From NCBI GenBank assembly GCA_000002435.2, contig AACB03000014.1: a stretch of 9,233 nucleotides of DNA; one strand, written 5' to 3'. Below, in pieces: positions 8,501-9,233 of this stretch. Position numbers and translations under genes: made by a program. The stretch's first letter is position 1. Each line of letters opens with the position of its first letter. Origin of the DNA: Giardia intestinalis (Eukaryota). The notes under the pieces were generated by a model. It saw only the letters and a program-made list of their open reading frames with translations. It made no database searches and had not been told where the DNA came from.

Positions 8501-9233
8501 CCTTCAGCTTATCAGACTGACGCTCTACCGACTGAGCTAACCGACCGCGGCCCCTCGCCGGACCCCCCGCCGGCCCAGCACCCGCCTTCAGCTTATCAGA
8601 CTGACGCTCTACCGACTGAGCTAACCGACCGCGGCCCCTCGCCGGACCCCCCGCCGGCCCAGCACCCGCCTTCAGCTTATCAGACTGACGCTCTACCGAC
8701 TGAGCTAACCGACCGCGGCCCCTCGCCGGACCCCCCCGCCGGCCCAGCACCCGCCTTCAGCTTATCAGACTGACGCTCTACGACTGAGCTAACCGACCGC
8801 GGCCCCTCGCCGGACCCCCCGCCGGCCCAGCACCCGCCTTCAGCTTATCAGACTGACGCTTCTACCGACTGAGCTAACCGACCGCGGCCCCCTCGCCGGA
8901 CCCCCCGCCGGCCCAGCACCCGCCTTCAGCTTATCAGACTGACGCTTCTACCGACTGAGCTAACCGACCGCGGCCCCTCGCCGGACCCCCCGCCGGCCCA
9001 GCACCCCGCCTTCAGCTTATCAGACTGACGCTCTACCGACTGAGCTAACCGACCGCGGCCCCTCGCCGGACCCCCGCCGGCCCAGCACCCGCCTTCAGCT
9101 TATCAGACTGACGCTCTACCGACTGAGCTAACCGACCGCGCCCCTCGCCGGACCCCCCGCCGGCCCAGCACCCGCCTTCAGCTTATCAGACTGACGCTCT
9201 ACCGACTGAGCTAACCGACCGCGGCCCTCGCCG
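2541..9233 (-). repeat. 84-bp tRNA-derived satellite, at least about 79.7 head-to-tail copies. Each unit is tRNA-Ile(GAU) positions 1-46 plus a 38-nt GC-rich segment. It runs off the window end
   Basis: The period was measured directly: ccttcagctt recurs at 2541, 2625, 2709 and onward. The minus-strand unit is GGTCGGTTAGCTCAGTCGGTAGAGCGTCAGTCTGATAAGCTGAAGG + CGGGTGCTGGGCCGGCGGGGGGTCCGGCGAGGGGCCGC. The first 46 nt are identical to positions 1-46 of the complete tRNA at 2515-2586. The array is nearly invariant to about 8730 and has more single-base variants after that. Confidence 0.98.

Noticed and set aside
1956-8750. Very long ORFs through the arrays: + 431 aa ([28 protein letters not shown] repeats) and - 574 aa ([28 protein letters not shown] repeats). 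Also + 150 aa and - 121 aa and 70 aa over the 14-bp repeat.
   Set aside because: 84 bp = 28 codons, so any stop-free frame of the unit gives an endless ORF. The + ORF ends exactly at the first single-base homopolymer variant (about 3195). The 14-bp repeat is not a multiple of 3. The DNA is demonstrably a tRNA-derived satellite. There is no start context or non-repeat domain.
2541-9233. CRISPR array?
   Set aside because: Repeats abut directly with no unique spacers. The unit is 84 bp of tRNA-derived sequence. The flanking genes (VSP-like, LSm, Hsp110-like) are eukaryotic.
2541-9233. tRNA-derived SINE or retrotransposon copies
   Set aside because: SINEs have tRNA-related head + body + A-rich or LINE-derived tail and are dispersed with target-site duplications. 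Here the units are perfectly phased head-to-tail, lack any tail, and the intact progenitor gene is contiguous with the array. I call it a satellite, not a mobile element.

Overview
The window holds about 2.5 kb of unique, gene-dense sequence followed by a very long satellite that runs off the 3' edge.

**Unique region.**
- 2..1386 (+): the C-terminal substrate-binding and lid half of an Hsp70-superfamily (Hsp110-like) chaperone gene. The open frame begins at the window edge. The frame is broken 3-5 times between about 497 and 915.
- 1399..1656 (-): a small Sm/LSm-fold (LSm5-like) gene, convergent with the chaperone gene and 12 bp from it.
- 1807..2265 (-): the C-terminal end of a cysteine-rich type-I membrane protein with the Giardia variant-specific surface protein (VSP) hallmark, TM-GFLYWWFICRGRT-stop. 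Its N-terminal side runs straight into a 14-bp microsatellite (GAGGACCCACCACA x about 16.6, 2266..2498).

**Satellite.**
- A complete, canonical 72-nt tRNA gene with anticodon GAU (Ile) lies on the minus strand at 2515..2586.
- It is the terminal member of an 84-bp head-to-tail tandem array, 2541..9233, at least about 79.7 copies, truncated by the window.
- Each unit is tRNA positions 1-46 (acceptor 5' strand, D arm, anticodon arm) fused to a 38-nt GC-rich segment. Every copy keeps the pol III A box and the GAU anticodon loop but lacks the T arm and B box.
- The array is 70% GC with strong C>G skew on the + strand. Each unit carries a G-tract cluster on the minus strand.
- Copies are nearly identical across about 6.2 kb, with variants clustering in the last about 500 bp.

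**Organism and exclusions.**
- The VSP-type tail, the AGTAAAT (AGTRAAY) signal overlapping the chaperone stop codon, and the tight convergent gene packing point to a Giardia-like diplomonad nuclear genome. This is inference.
- There is no CRISPR, rRNA or mobile element.
- The long ORFs through the arrays are repeat artefacts (84 = 28 codons).
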